DNA of 64,000 nucleotides from Planctomycetota bacterium (GCA_046290465.1 JBKAGP010000001.1:4992001-5056000); one strand, 5' to 3'; positions 1 to 9,950 are shown, counted from the first letter of the stretch. The notes: generated by a model from the letters alone, not told the origin. A program made the numbers and translations.

Positions 1-2
1 CC

Positions 3-830
3 GCGCGGCACGAACGGCCGCGGGAGTTCCTGCTCAAGCGGGTGATCCGGGTCGTGCCGCTCTACTGGCTGGCGACGGCCATGCTGATCGCGGTGGCGGC
101 GTGGTTCGGCGATCCGCTGCTGCGCGATCTCGACGCCGCGCGGGTGCTGCAGTCGCTGGCGTTCGTGCCGCACTACGACCCGTCGGGGCAGCCGTTCCCG
201 GTGCTGGTGCCCGGCTGGACGCTCAACTACGAGATGTTCTTCTACCTCGTGTTCTTCGTCGGCCTGCTCGGCGGCCGGCTGCTGGGCACGCTCAACGTCG
301 CGATCCTGGGCCTGGTCGCGGCCGGCCTGCTGGTCGACTTCGACGGCGCCGTGATGCGCACCTACACCCACGGCCGCATGCTCGAGTTCCTGGCCGGCGT
401 CTGGCTCGGCTGGCTGCACGCCCGTCGGCGCATCCCGCCGGCGCTGAGCCTGGTCGGGCTGCTCGGCTTCGTCGGGCTGCTGTGGCCGCCGCGGCCCGGC
501 GGCTTCGAGGCCGGCACCTTCGCGGTGGCAGCGTGCAGCACGCTGGTCGTCACGGGCGCCGTCGCGCTCGGCGAACGCGCCCCCGTCAGCCGCGTCGCGC
601 GCCTGCTCGGCGACGCCAGCTACTCGATCTACCTGACCCATACGATCCTGCCGCTGCGCGCCGCCAAGGCGCTGTGGCGCGAGGTCCCGCTGGCCGGCTG
701 GCCGCAGTTCGTCGGCTACCTGGTGTTCGCCGTGCTGGTCTCGACCGTGGTGGGCGTGCTGGCCTACCTGCTGTTCGAACGGCCGGTGCTGCGCTGGCTG
801 CGCCGGATCTGGCTGCGGCGGTCCGCCTGA
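3..830 (+). CDS. Acyltransferase 3 family (OafA/ExoZ-like) membrane O-acyltransferase, 5'-truncated by the window edge
   Basis: Frame is open from the window start (…EFLLKRVIRVVPLYW). Motifs GWTLNYEMFFY and LGDASYSIYLTH; multiple hydrophobic helices. Confidence 0.85.
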   Translation, partial: ARHERPREFLLKRVIRVVPLYWLATAMLIAVAAWFGDPLLRDLDAARVLQSLAFVPHYDPSGQPFPVLVPGWTLNYEMFFYLVFFVGLLGGRLLGTLNVAILGLVAAGLLVDFDGAVMRTYTHGRMLEFLAGVWLGWLHARRRIPPALSLVGLLGFVGLLWPPRPGGFEAGTFAVAACSTLVVTGAVALGERAPVSRVARLLGDASYSIYLTHTILPLRAAKALWREVPLAGWPQFVGYLVFAVLVSTVVGVLAYLLFERPVLRWLRRIWLRRSA

Positions 831-896
831 GCCCGCCGCTGGCGCGCGAGCCGTGCCCGCAGCCGGATTCGCGTGCAGTCCCGGCGCGATTGCGGG

Positions 897-2801
897 ATGC
901 TATCGGCCGGTCCCAACCAAGCGCTGCAGCCCTCGCTACCCGTGGACAGCCATCGCCTCTTCTCGCTGATCTGCCTGCTCAACCAGTGCGTACTCGCCTG
1001 GATCTTCGCGGGCTTCTTCGGCGCCCTCCTGCGTGGACGGGCGCAGTGGCTGGCGAGCTTCTTCCTGGCGTTCGTCGGCCTCGGCATCGGCCTGACCGCG
1101 GTGGTGGTGCGCATCTGGCTGTCGTCGATCCCGGAGACCGCCGGGCCCGAACTCGACGAAGGGGCGCTGGCGGTGCGTGGGCTCTACGGCGTCTACCTCG
1201 CCGGCAAGCTGCTGTTCGTCGCCGGCCTGGTGCGCGGGGTCGTGCGTTGGCGGGACGAACGTCCGGGCGGCCCGGCCTGGCTGGTCGCGGTGATCGCCGT
1301 CGCGGCCTTCGTGGTCGGCTTCGTGCTGCCGACGATCGAATCGGTGCTGCTCGTGCAGGGGCCGATCGTCGCACTCGCATGCGCCTACGCGGCGTCGCGC
1401 CTCGGGGCCTCGGACGAGCAGCGGCTCGCCGACGCGGGCCGCCAGACGGTGCGCGTGGTGCTGACGGCGATGGCGGTCATCTGGTCGCTCTACGTCGTCG
1501 CGACGCTGTTCGCGGGCCCGGTCGACCCGCGGGCGCTGCAGCCGTTCGGCTTCCTGCTGCGCTACAACTCGCTGATCGACCTCACCCTGCAGGTGGTGCT
1601 CGCCACCGGCCTGATCGTCGCGGTGCTGTCGGAGGCGCACGCCCGCACGCTGGCGGCGCAGAACGAACGGGACCGCCTGCGTTCGCAGGTGATGCGCGAC
1701 GACAAGCTGCGGGTCACGGCGACCCTGATCAGCGGCGTGGCGCACGAGATCAACAACCCGTTGACCGCGATCATCGGCTACGCCGACGACCTGTCCTCGG
1801 CCGATGCGGCGACGCGCGAGCGCGCCGCCAACATCGTGCGCGAACAGGCCGAACGCTGCCGCGCGATCGTGCAGCGCATGTCGGTCATCGGCCGGCGCCG
1901 GCTGCTGACGACCAGCACGTTCGGCGTCCGTGCCAAGGTCGAAGCGGTCGCGGCCGGGTTCGCGCCGCGCTGCGAAGAGCACGAAGTCGCGATCGAGGTC
2001 GGCGTCGACGAGGGCCTGCACGTGACCGCCGACGCGACCGGCTTCGAGCAGGTGCTGACCAACCTGGTGTCCAACGCGATCGCCGTGTCGCCACGCGGTT
2101 CGGCCGTCGTCGTGCGTGCGGAGTCGACCGAGAACGGCATGCGGCTGTCGGTGCGCGACCACGGTCCGGGCATCGCGCAGACCGACCGCGGGCGGATCTT
2201 CGAGCCGTTCTGGACGACCAAGCGGCCCAACCAGGGCACCGGCCTCGGGCTCGCGGTCGCCGACGCCATCGTGCACGCGCACGGCGGCGCGATCGACATC
2301 GTCGACGCGACGGGCGGCGGCACCGAGTTCGTCGTGCTGTGGCCGTGGCGAGCGACGACCAGCAGCGAGTCGCCGCTGCCGTCGACCAGGCTGCATTCGA
2401 AGCCGGAGGCGGCTGCTGCGGGCGCGGCCGACCAGGCCCGCATGCTGATCATCGACGACGAGCCGCTGGTCCGTTCGACGATCCGCCGGCACGCCGAGAA
2501 CCACGGCTGGCAGGTCGACGAGGTCGATTGCGCCCTCGAAGGCCTCGAGCGGCTGATGGCCGATCCCGGCGGCTTCCGCGCGATCGTCTGCGACATGCGC
2601 ATGCCGGGCATGTCGGGCGTCGAGTTCCACGACGAGCTCGAGCGCCGCGCACCCGAACTGCTGGCGCGCACGCTGTTCGTCACCGGCGACCTCGCCTCGC
2701 AGGAGATGGCGGCGTTCTCGCAGCGCTGCCGCGCCGAGATCGTCACCAAACCGTTCGTCACCCGCGAACTCGTGCAGCGCCTCGCCGACCTCGCCTCCTG
2801 A
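897..2801 (+). CDS. Membrane-bound hybrid sensor histidine kinase (multi-TM sensor, HisKA, HATPase, receiver)
   Basis: About 7 TM helices, H-box GVAHEINNPL, N-box NLVSNA, DHGPGI, GTGLGL, receiver IIDDEP…CDMRMP…KPF. Start uncertain (ATG 897 or GTG 942). Confidence 0.9.
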   Translation: MLSAGPNQALQPSLPVDSHRLFSLICLLNQCVLAWIFAGFFGALLRGRAQWLASFFLAFVGLGIGLTAVVVRIWLSSIPETAGPELDEGALAVRGLYGVYLAGKLLFVAGLVRGVVRWRDERPGGPAWLVAVIAVAAFVVGFVLPTIESVLLVQGPIVALACAYAASRLGASDEQRLADAGRQTVRVVLTAMAVIWSLYVVATLFAGPVDPRALQPFGFLLRYNSLIDLTLQVVLATGLIVAVLSEAHARTLAAQNERDRLRSQVMRDDKLRVTATLISGVAHEINNPLTAIIGYADDLSSADAATRERAANIVREQAERCRAIVQRMSVIGRRRLLTTSTFGVRAKVEAVAAGFAPRCEEHEVAIEVGVDEGLHVTADATGFEQVLTNLVSNAIAVSPRGSAVVVRAESTENGMRLSVRDHGPGIAQTDRGRIFEPFWTTKRPNQGTGLGLAVADAIVHAHGGAIDIVDATGGGTEFVVLWPWRATTSSESPLPSTRLHSKPEAAAAGAADQARMLIIDDEPLVRSTIRRHAENHGWQVDEVDCALEGLERLMADPGGFRAIVCDMRMPGMSGVEFHDELERRAPELLARTLFVTGDLASQEMAAFSQRCRAEIVTKPFVTRELVQRLADLAS

Positions 2802-2811
2802 GCGGTCCGGT

Positions 2812-4158
2812 TCAGAAGCGGATCGCGATCGCCGGCGTGTTGATCATGCCGCGCCACAGCAGCCGGTCGTTGGCGCGCCAGACGGTCGGTTCGAAGTGGA
2901 AGCGGATGGCGACGTCGCGATCGCCGGCGAGGCCCGCCACGCCATGTTCGCCGTCGCTCCAGTAGTCGGCGAGCACGACGACCGAACGGATCGAACCGAC
3001 CGGCTGCGGGGCCTTCAGCCACTTCGCGGCCGTCAACACCGACAGGCCGTCGCGCTGCCGCCACCGCTGCCCGTCGACCAGCAGGTCGAAGTGGAACGGC
3101 TGCGGGATCTGCGCCAGGGTCGTGCCGGTGACGTTGTAGCCGCGCACCCGATCGGAGTCGTTGCGCAGCTGCACGGCGACCACCAGCGGGCGGCCATGGG
3201 GGCGGTTGGTATTGGCGACGATGCGGGCGCGCATGCCGTCGACCGGCGCGCTCCACGCGCCGACGACGCCGCGCACGGCAAAGCCTACCGACACCTCGAG
3301 TGGCTCGGCGAACGCCGGCGCGGCGCCGGCCGCGGTCGGCACGGCCCGCAGGGTCAGCTGCAGCCGGAACGCGCCGGGGACCTGCGGCACCAGCCCCATG
3401 CGCTGGTCGGGCTCCGGCACGATGCCCTGCGAGAAGCCCCAGCGGAAGTCGCGGCGGGCGCCGTCCGGCGTCGGTCGCACGGTCAGCAGCGGCCCGATGC
3501 CCGGGCACGGCACGCGCAGGTCGGTCAGCCGCACCGTCAGCGCGGAGGCCTGCGCGGCGAACGTCCCGTCGACGCCGGCGACCGGACCCTGGACCTTGCC
3601 CTGGGCGTCGACCACGGCGGCTTCGAGCACCAGCGGCACGACCGCGGCGCCGTCGTTGTCGGCGAGCGCGCGGGCGCCGAGCTGCACGTCGGTCTCGCCC
3701 TGCTCCCGCGCCACGACCCGGCACGGTGTGGCGGTCCTCGCGTGGCCCTCGAGCTCGAACCGGATGTCGGAGAACAGGTCCCAGCCTGCCTGCACGCCGC
3801 GCAGTTCGACGGCGAGCCAGTCGTTCTCGGCGACTTCGTCGCGGGCTTCGGGGCGGGTCGTCGCGATCGTCACGACGACGGCCAGCGCCGCTGCGGCGAG
3901 CAGCCAGATCGGCGACCAGCGCGTCCGACGCAGCGCCGCGATCGGCGGCGGCGGCGGTGCCGCCTCGTTCTCGCCGAGCGCCCATCCGAGTTCGGCGCGC
4001 GCCGAGCGCAGCAGCCGGACCCGTGCGCCGAGCCGGTCGTCCTGCGCCACCCGCGTCGCGACGCGCCGCGCGTGTTCGGGCGCGAGTTCGCCGTCGAGCC
4101 AGGCGACCAGGGTCGCGTCGTCGAGGAGGTCGGCGTCTCGTTGCTCAGCCTGGTTCAT
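2812..4158 (-). CDS. Putative anti-sigma factor (N-terminal anti-sigma domain, TM helix, large extracytoplasmic region)
   Basis: N-terminal LVAWLDGELAPE, a single TM helix, and a 4-bp overlap with the upstream ECF sigma gene. Confidence 0.7.
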   Translation of the reverse strand: MNQAEQRDADLLDDATLVAWLDGELAPEHARRVATRVAQDDRLGARVRLLRSARAELGWALGENEAAPPPPPIAALRRTRWSPIWLLAAAALAVVVTIATTRPEARDEVAENDWLAVELRGVQAGWDLFSDIRFELEGHARTATPCRVVAREQGETDVQLGARALADNDGAAVVPLVLEAAVVDAQGKVQGPVAGVDGTFAAQASALTVRLTDLRVPCPGIGPLLTVRPTPDGARRDFRWGFSQGIVPEPDQRMGLVPQVPGAFRLQLTLRAVPTAAGAAPAFAEPLEVSVGFAVRGVVGAWSAPVDGMRARIVANTNRPHGRPLVVAVQLRNDSDRVRGYNVTGTTLAQIPQPFHFDLLVDGQRWRQRDGLSVLTAAKWLKAPQPVGSIRSVVVLADYWSDGEHGVAGLAGDRDVAIRFHFEPTVWRANDRLLWRGMINTPAIAIRF

Positions 4159-4685
4159 CGTTCGTCTCCCAGATCCTGCAGGGTCTCCGCCAGCCGCAGC
4201 GTGGCGGCGGCGATGCGCGACTTGACGGTGCCGAGCGGCAGCTCGAGGGTCGCGGCGATGGTGCGGTAGTCGAGGCCTTCGACGACGCGCAGCACCAGCG
4301 CGTCGCGCAGCGCCGGGCTCAGCGCGTCGATGGCGCGGTGCACGCGTTCGCGCCGCTCGGCGGCGCTCGACGCGGTGAACGGGTTGCTGGCGAAATCCGC
4401 GACGGCGGCCTCGTCGAGCGACAGGTCGAGCTGGGTGGCGCTCGGTTCGCGGCGGCGACGACGGCGCAGCCGCTCGGCGAACCGGGCCAGCGTGCGCACC
4501 GCGATGCGATGGGCCCAGGTGGTCGGCGCCGACTCACCGCGAAACGCCGGCCACGCGCGGACCAGCTCGCGGTGCACCTCCTGGGCGCCGTCGCGGGCGT
4601 CCTGCCCGCACCAGCGCGCGGCGAGCGCGTCGACCCGCGGCGCCATCGCGCGGGTCAGTTCGTCGAGCTGTGGGCGCGTTGCCAT
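4155..4685 (-). CDS. ECF RNA polymerase sigma factor (sigma-70 family)
   Basis: Region 2 DGAQEV…WPAFRGES…TWAHRIA; region 4 LVLRVVEGLDYRTIAATLELPLGTVKSRI. Confidence 0.9.
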   Translation of the reverse strand: MATRPQLDELTRAMAPRVDALAARWCGQDARDGAQEVHRELVRAWPAFRGESAPTTWAHRIAVRTLARFAERLRRRRRREPSATQLDLSLDEAAVADFASNPFTASSAAERRERVHRAIDALSPALRDALVLRVVEGLDYRTIAATLELPLGTVKSRIAAATLRLAETLQDLGDER

Positions 4686-4809
4686 GCGTGCCCGGTTTGG
4701 TGGCGTCGGTGGGCCTTCGGGTTCGGTGCGCACGGCGATTTTTCGGCCGCGCGATCCCGCGCCGGCGCCTGCCAGCTACGCTGCCTGGGCCGACGAAGGC
4801 GACACTACC

Positions 4810-5532
4810 ATGGAAGACAACAACCCCTACCGCAGCCTCGAAGCGCCGCCCGCGGCGTTCGCTGCCGCCAACGAGAAGGCGGCGTTCCTCAAGAAGGTCT
4901 ACGGCATCCTGCTGCTCGGCGTGCTGGGTTTCGCCGCGACGCTGTTCGCGTGCGCGACGGTTCCGGCGCTGACCGACCTGACCTGGCGCTTCGCCAACCT
5001 GATCTACGGCAACGGCCTGATGGGGTGGGCCATCTACATGGCCATCTTCCTGGGCGGCTCCTGGCTCGTGCAATCGGTCGCCGAGAAGCGCCCGATCAAC
5101 GCGTTCGCCTACGCTGGCTGGGTCGTGCTGATGGCCCTGATGGTCGCGCCGGTGGTGCTGATCGCCAGCGAAGCGCACGGCGTCGGCATCATCCAGCAGG
5201 CCAGTGCGTTGACCGCACTCGTCTTCGGTGGCCTGACCGTCTACGTGCTGTGGACCGGCAAGGACTTCTCGTGGATGCGCGGCCTGCTGATGCTCGGGTT
5301 CCTGGTGCTGGTCGCGACCAGCCTGCTCGGCTGGGTGCTCGGCTTCTCGTTGGGCCTGTGGTTCTCCGGCCTGGTCGTGCTGCTGGCCGCCGGCTACATC
5401 CTCTACAACACCAGCGTGATCCTGAACCACCTGCCGACGCACATGGCGATGACCGGCGCGATCACGCTGTTCACGGACGTGGTGCTGCTGTTCAAGCACA
5501 TCCTGATCCTGCTGATGAACAGCGACGACTGA
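4810..5532 (+). CDS. Bax inhibitor-1/YccA family membrane protein
   Basis: FLKKVYGIL, KDFSWM, YILYNTS, AITLFTDVVLLF; 7 TM helices. ATG at 4810. Confidence 0.9.
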   Translation: MEDNNPYRSLEAPPAAFAAANEKAAFLKKVYGILLLGVLGFAATLFACATVPALTDLTWRFANLIYGNGLMGWAIYMAIFLGGSWLVQSVAEKRPINAFAYAGWVVLMALMVAPVVLIASEAHGVGIIQQASALTALVFGGLTVYVLWTGKDFSWMRGLLMLGFLVLVATSLLGWVLGFSLGLWFSGLVVLLAAGYILYNTSVILNHLPTHMAMTGAITLFTDVVLLFKHILILLMNSDD

Positions 5533-5547
5533 TTGCGTCACCGGAGC

Positions 5548-5601
5548 GGCGCCCGTCCGTCGTCGGGCGCCCGTCCGTGTTGGGGCATCCGTCCGGTTCG
5601 A
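5548..5601. repeat. Three imperfect 18-bp tandem units (GGCGCCCGTCCGT core) between convergent genes
   Basis: GGCGCCCGTCCGTCGTCG / GGCGCCCGTCCGTGTTGG / GGCATCCGTCCGGTTCGA. Confidence 0.55.
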
Positions 5602-5621
5602 GCGCGGCGGAGCGCCGTGCG

Positions 5622-6326
5622 TCAGTCGCGCCAGAGCGCCGCGCCGCCGCTGAGCCCGGCGATGTTGTCGATCACCGAGACGTCGTCCGGCAGGTCGACG
5701 TGCATCTTCTTGGCGTTGCCGCCGCCGATGTAGAGGTGGTCGAAGTGCGTCAGCGCGCGCATGTTCTCGATCGCCATCAGCACGCGCTTCTGCCACTTCT
5801 TGTTGCCGACCGACTTCCGCGCGAAGTTGCCGAGGTGCTGGTCGTAGGTCTCGCCCTTGCGGAACGGCTGGTGCGAGATCTCCAGGTGCGGGCACAGGCG
5901 GCCGTCCTGGTAGAGCGCCGTGCCGAAGCCGGTGCCGAGCGTGATCACCATCTCGACGCCGTCCCCGGCGATCACCGCGAGGCCCTGCACGTCGGCGTCG
6001 TTGGCGACCCGCGCCGGCTTGCCGAACGCGCGCTCGAGCGCGTCGGCGAGGTCGTAGCCACACCACGCGTCGTTGCCGAGGTTCGGCGCCGTGCGCACGA
6101 CGCCGTCGCGCACCATGCCCGGAAAGCCCGTCGAGATCCGCGTCGACTCCGGCAGTTCGCTGGTGAACTCCTTCAGCAGCGCGACCACCGCGTCCGGATG
6201 CGCGCCGATCGGCGTCTCCATGCGGATGCGGTCACAGATCGGTTCGCCGTGGCCGTTCAGCACGGTCGCCTTGAGGCCGGAGCCGCCGATGTCGAAGGCC
6301 AGGGTCGCCTGAGCGGTGGTGGGCAT
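5622..6326 (-). CDS. ROK family sugar kinase (polyphosphate glucokinase-like)
   Basis: DIGGSGLK, GFPG, NDADVQG, TLGTGFG, LYIGGGN. Likely ATG at 6326. Confidence 0.85.
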   Translation of the reverse strand: MPTTAQATLAFDIGGSGLKATVLNGHGEPICDRIRMETPIGAHPDAVVALLKEFTSELPESTRISTGFPGMVRDGVVRTAPNLGNDAWCGYDLADALERAFGKPARVANDADVQGLAVIAGDGVEMVITLGTGFGTALYQDGRLCPHLEISHQPFRKGETYDQHLGNFARKSVGNKKWQKRVLMAIENMRALTHFDHLYIGGGNAKKMHVDLPDDVSVIDNIAGLSGGAALWRD

Positions 6327-6473
6327 GGCGTGACATGCTACAAGGCTGTGCTGCTCCATGATGCTGTCGGTTCCTTCGACAGCCGCACGCGCGCGGCTTG
6401 AACGTCGAGAGTTACGGCAGTGCTAATCCTGCGGCACCGGATTGGTCGATCCTGAGACCGGAGAGGTGACCGT

Positions 6474-6869
6474 ATGCGATTCATGGTGATCGACGACGAG
6501 CGGACTGCGCGCACCGAACTGGCGCTGCTGCTCGCACGATGGGGGCGGGTCGAGGAGGCCGAGAGCGCCCAACAGGGACTGACGAAGATCCGCGAGGCGA
6601 TGGCGGCGAGCGATCCGTACTCGCTGGTCTGCGTCGATCTGTGCATGCCCGGCGAGGGCGGTCTGGAGGCGCTGAACGCGATCCGCGACCTCGACGAACG
6701 GTCCGGAACGGACCGCACCGAGGTCGTGATGGTGACGTCGTCCGACGACAAGCACGACGTCATCGAGGCGTTCCGGCAGCAGGCCGATGCCTACCTGGTC
6801 AAGCCGGTCTCGGCGGCGAAGATCGAAGAACTCGTCGCGCGGCTCGGCGGCGGGGAGGGGCAGCGATGA
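6474..6869 (+). CDS. Single-domain response regulator (CheY-like)
   Basis: VIDDE…VDLCMP…VTS…YLVKP. Confidence 0.9.
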   Translation: MRFMVIDDERTARTELALLLARWGRVEEAESAQQGLTKIREAMAASDPYSLVCVDLCMPGEGGLEALNAIRDLDERSGTDRTEVVMVTSSDDKHDVIEAFRQQADAYLVKPVSAAKIEELVARLGGGEGQR

Positions 6870-7429
6870 AGGGCGTCATCTTCGTGATCTTCGAGGAGTT
6901 CATCACCGAGAACTGGGGCGCGGAGACGTTCGAAGACCTGCTCGACGACTGCCCGCACGCCGCCAACGAACCGTTCATCGGGCCGAAGTCGTATCCCGAT
7001 GCGTGGATCGTCGACCTGCTGACGGCGGCCTGCACGCGGCTGAACCTGGCGGCGCCCGACGCGCTGCGCGCATTCGGCAGGTTTGCCTTCGGCGGGCTGA
7101 TCTCGCGCTACCCGAACTTCGTCGACGGCGTCGAGCACCCGCGGCAGCTGCTGCTCGCCGTGCACGACATCATCCACGTCGAGGTCAAGAAGCTGATGGA
7201 GGGCGCGACGCCGCCCAACCTCTACTACGACGACGTCGACGGCGATCCCGACACGCTCACCGTGCACTACGAGTCGGCGCGTGGGCTGTGCGCGCTGATG
7301 GAGGGGTTGCTGGAGGGTGCCGCCGAGCACTTCGGCATCGGCATCGAGCACGAGCAGACCGCGTGCACCCACCAGGGCGCCGCGCGCTGCACGTTCGCGC
7401 TGAAGTTCCTGCAGCCGGTGGCGAGCTGA
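6866..7429 (+). CDS. H-NOX heme NO/O2-binding sensor protein (187 aa)
   Basis: MKGVIF N-terminus, YPD, IHVEV (proximal His), YESAR (YxSxR). ATGA overlap with the preceding gene. Confidence 0.9.
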   Translation: MKGVIFVIFEEFITENWGAETFEDLLDDCPHAANEPFIGPKSYPDAWIVDLLTAACTRLNLAAPDALRAFGRFAFGGLISRYPNFVDGVEHPRQLLLAVHDIIHVEVKKLMEGATPPNLYYDDVDGDPDTLTVHYESARGLCALMEGLLEGAAEHFGIGIEHEQTACTHQGAARCTFALKFLQPVAS

Positions 7430-7430
7430 G

Positions 7431-9110
7431 ATGGACGACGCTCGCTGGGAACGTCGGCTCGAGCGAGAGCGGGCGCGCAACGCGGCGCTCGAGAAGGTCG
7501 TCGAGGACAAGACGCGCGAGCTGTACCTGGCCAACGAACGGCTGCGGCAGCACAACGAAGGCCTCGAGGTCATGGTCGAGGAGCGCACCGCGGACCTGCG
7601 CGCGGCGCTGGAGGCCGCCGAGGCGGCCGGTCGCGCCAAGACCGAGTTCCTGGCGCAGATGAGCCACGAGCTGCGCACGCCGCTGCACGGTCTCAACGGC
7701 ACCATCGACGCGTTGACGCGCACCGAGCTCGGCGCCGAGCAGCGTCGCCTGCTCGACCTGTGTCAGGCTTCGGGCGCCCGCCTGTTGCGCGTGATCGGCG
7801 ACGTGCTCGACTTCTCGCGCATCGAGTCCGGCAAGCTGGAGTTCGAAATGCGGCCGGCCAACGTCGGCGAGATCGTGCTGGCGGCAGCATCGTCGTTCGC
7901 GGCGGCCGCCGAGCAGAAGGGGCTGCGCTTGACGCACGCGTGCGTCGGCGACGACGTCTGGATGCGTGCCGACTCGCACCGGCTGGGGCAGGTGCTCGCC
8001 AAGCTGCTCAGCAACGCCGTCAAGTTCACCGAGCACGGCGAGATCGCCTTGCGCGCCGAGGTGCGGCGAGACGACGGACACCTCACGGTCAGCTGGCAGG
8101 TGCGCGACAGCGGCTGCGGCATGACGCCGGAGGCCGCCGAACGGATCTTCGATGCGTTCCGGCAGGCCGAGGCCGCGACCACGCGGCGGTTCGGCGGCAC
8201 CGGGCTCGGGCTTTCGATCGTGCGCGGCATCGTCGAAGCGATGGGCGGCACGATCCGGGTCGAGACCCAGGTCGGCGTCGGCACGACGTTCACGTTCGAG
8301 ACCCGCCACGAGGCTTGTGCGAGCGAGGCGAACGTCGCGCAGCTGGCGCCGTCGGCGCTCGACCTCGGCGGCAAGAAGGTGCTGGTCGTCGACGACCATC
8401 CGATCAACCGCACGCTGTGCGAGACCATGCTGGCGGGCTGCAACTGCGAGCTGCTGTTCGCCGCGAGCGGCGCCGAGGCGATCCTGCAGGTCGCCCGTAG
8501 CGCGCCGGACCTGGTGCTGATGGACTGCCACATGCCGGGCATGTCCGGCCTCGAAGCGACGCGCGCGATCCGGTCGACGGGCTACCAGAACCCGATCCTG
8601 GCCGTGTCCGCCGATGTCACTACCGACAACGCGACCGCGGTCGTGGCCGCCGGCATGCAGGGCATCCTCGGCAAGCCGTTCCGCCAGTCGGACCTGTTCG
8701 AGTCGATCACCGAGCTGCTGGACGGTAGCGGCCGGTTCGCGGCGGCCGTGCCGGAGGACCTCGACGACGCCCTGCCGCTGTTCGCGCCGGACTCGGCGCT
8801 CGAACTGCTCGGCGGCCACCGCGACATGGTCGCGCGGCTCTGCGAGGTCTTCCTCGAGGAGCTGCCGGGCAACCTCGACAACCTGCGGGCCGGCGTCGCC
8901 GACGCCGATGCCGCGGCACAGGCGCAGTTCGCGCACTCGTTGAAGGGGGCGTCCGGTGTGGTCTGTGCGGTGCGCCTGCGCGACCTGTGCGCCGACCTCG
9001 AGGCGAAGGGCCGCGAGGGGCAGTGCCAGCCGGACCGGCTCGACCGGCTCGAGGCGGTCGCGCGGGAGACCGAGGCGGCGCTGCGCGCGTGGCTCGCAGC
9101 GTGCCCGTAG
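7431..9110 (+). CDS. H-NOX-associated hybrid histidine kinase (coiled coil, HisKA, HATPase, REC, Hpt)
   Basis: MSHELRTPL, SNAVKFT, DSGCGM, GGTGLGL, LMDCHMP and Hpt motif AHSLKGAS; no TM helix. Confidence 0.9.
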   Translation: MDDARWERRLERERARNAALEKVVEDKTRELYLANERLRQHNEGLEVMVEERTADLRAALEAAEAAGRAKTEFLAQMSHELRTPLHGLNGTIDALTRTELGAEQRRLLDLCQASGARLLRVIGDVLDFSRIESGKLEFEMRPANVGEIVLAAASSFAAAAEQKGLRLTHACVGDDVWMRADSHRLGQVLAKLLSNAVKFTEHGEIALRAEVRRDDGHLTVSWQVRDSGCGMTPEAAERIFDAFRQAEAATTRRFGGTGLGLSIVRGIVEAMGGTIRVETQVGVGTTFTFETRHEACASEANVAQLAPSALDLGGKKVLVVDDHPINRTLCETMLAGCNCELLFAASGAEAILQVARSAPDLVLMDCHMPGMSGLEATRAIRSTGYQNPILAVSADVTTDNATAVVAAGMQGILGKPFRQSDLFESITELLDGSGRFAAAVPEDLDDALPLFAPDSALELLGGHRDMVARLCEVFLEELPGNLDNLRAGVADADAAAQAQFAHSLKGASGVVCAVRLRDLCADLEAKGREGQCQPDRLDRLEAVARETEAALRAWLAACP

Positions 9111-9111
9111 C

Positions 9112-9873
9112 TCAGCGGCGTCGAGATCCGACCGCGATCTGCATCAGGTCGGCGGCCATCGTGACCTTGCCGTCGAAGCGGGCGCGCGCCTGCTGGCACA
9201 GGTCGACGCCGTCGCACTCGGGATAGAAGTGCGTCAGCACCAGCTCGAGGGCGCCGGCGCGCTGCGCGTAGTCGGCGGCGAGTCCGGGCGTCAGGTGGCC
9301 TTCGAGCTTGTGGCCGTCGGGTGAGGCGGTGTCGCAGACGAACACGTCGACGTCGCGCGCCAGCTCGACCAGCTCTTCGCAGGTGTCGGCGTCGCCCGAC
9401 AGCGCGACGACGCCGGCCGCGGTGCGCAGCCGGTAGCCGAGGCTCTGGGCCGTGTGCCGGATCGGGATCGACGTGACCTCGAACCCGTGCACCTGCGCGG
9501 TGCCCGGCAGCCACTCGACCAGCTCCAGTTCGTAGTCCTTCGGCTCCAGCCACGGCCAGGCCTGCGTCAGCAGCGCGACCAGCCGCCGCAGTCCCGGTGC
9601 GCCGTGGATCGACAGCGGCGGGCGCGGGCTGAGGTGCGGCGAGCGCAGCGCGAACAGCAGGGCGGCGAGGTCGGCGCAGTGGTCGGTGTGGTAGTGGGTC
9701 AGCAGCACCGCGTCGAGCTGCGCGGGCGACACCCCGGCCTGGGCGAGGCGCCGCAGGGTCCCGGGCCCGCAGTCGACCATGACGCGCCGGTCGTCGTGCT
9801 CGATCAGGTAGCCGGCCGGAAAACGGTCGGCCACCGGCACCGAAGTGCCGGAGCCGAGCACGGTGAGTTGCAT
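9112..9873 (-). CDS. MBL-fold metallo-hydrolase (RNase Z/ElaC-like)
   Basis: LTVLGSG, DCGPG, THYHTDH, SGD, GHLT, LTHFYP. ATG at 9873. Confidence 0.85.
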   Translation of the reverse strand: MQLTVLGSGTSVPVADRFPAGYLIEHDDRRVMVDCGPGTLRRLAQAGVSPAQLDAVLLTHYHTDHCADLAALLFALRSPHLSPRPPLSIHGAPGLRRLVALLTQAWPWLEPKDYELELVEWLPGTAQVHGFEVTSIPIRHTAQSLGYRLRTAAGVVALSGDADTCEELVELARDVDVFVCDTASPDGHKLEGHLTPGLAADYAQRAGALELVLTHFYPECDGVDLCQQARARFDGKVTMAADLMQIAVGSRRR

Positions 9874-9935
9874 GCGTTGCAACGTAGCAGTGGCGCCGTT
9901 CGCCGTCGCGTGACTTGCCGATGACGCAGGGGGCT

Positions 9936-9950
9936 TGGCGCATCGTTTGC
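9936..9950 (+). promoter_or_regulatory. Candidate sigma-54 (-24/-12) promoter for the multiheme cytochrome operon
   Basis: TGGCGC-ATCGT-TTGC has the canonical GG-N10-GC spacing and lies ~130 bp upstream of the first operon gene. Confidence 0.5.

Noticed and set aside
4735..4746. GCGATTTTT(T)CG seen near both ECF sigma genes (also ~58531)
   Set aside because: Only two short instances, in opposite orientation relative to the sigma genes; insufficient support for a motif.
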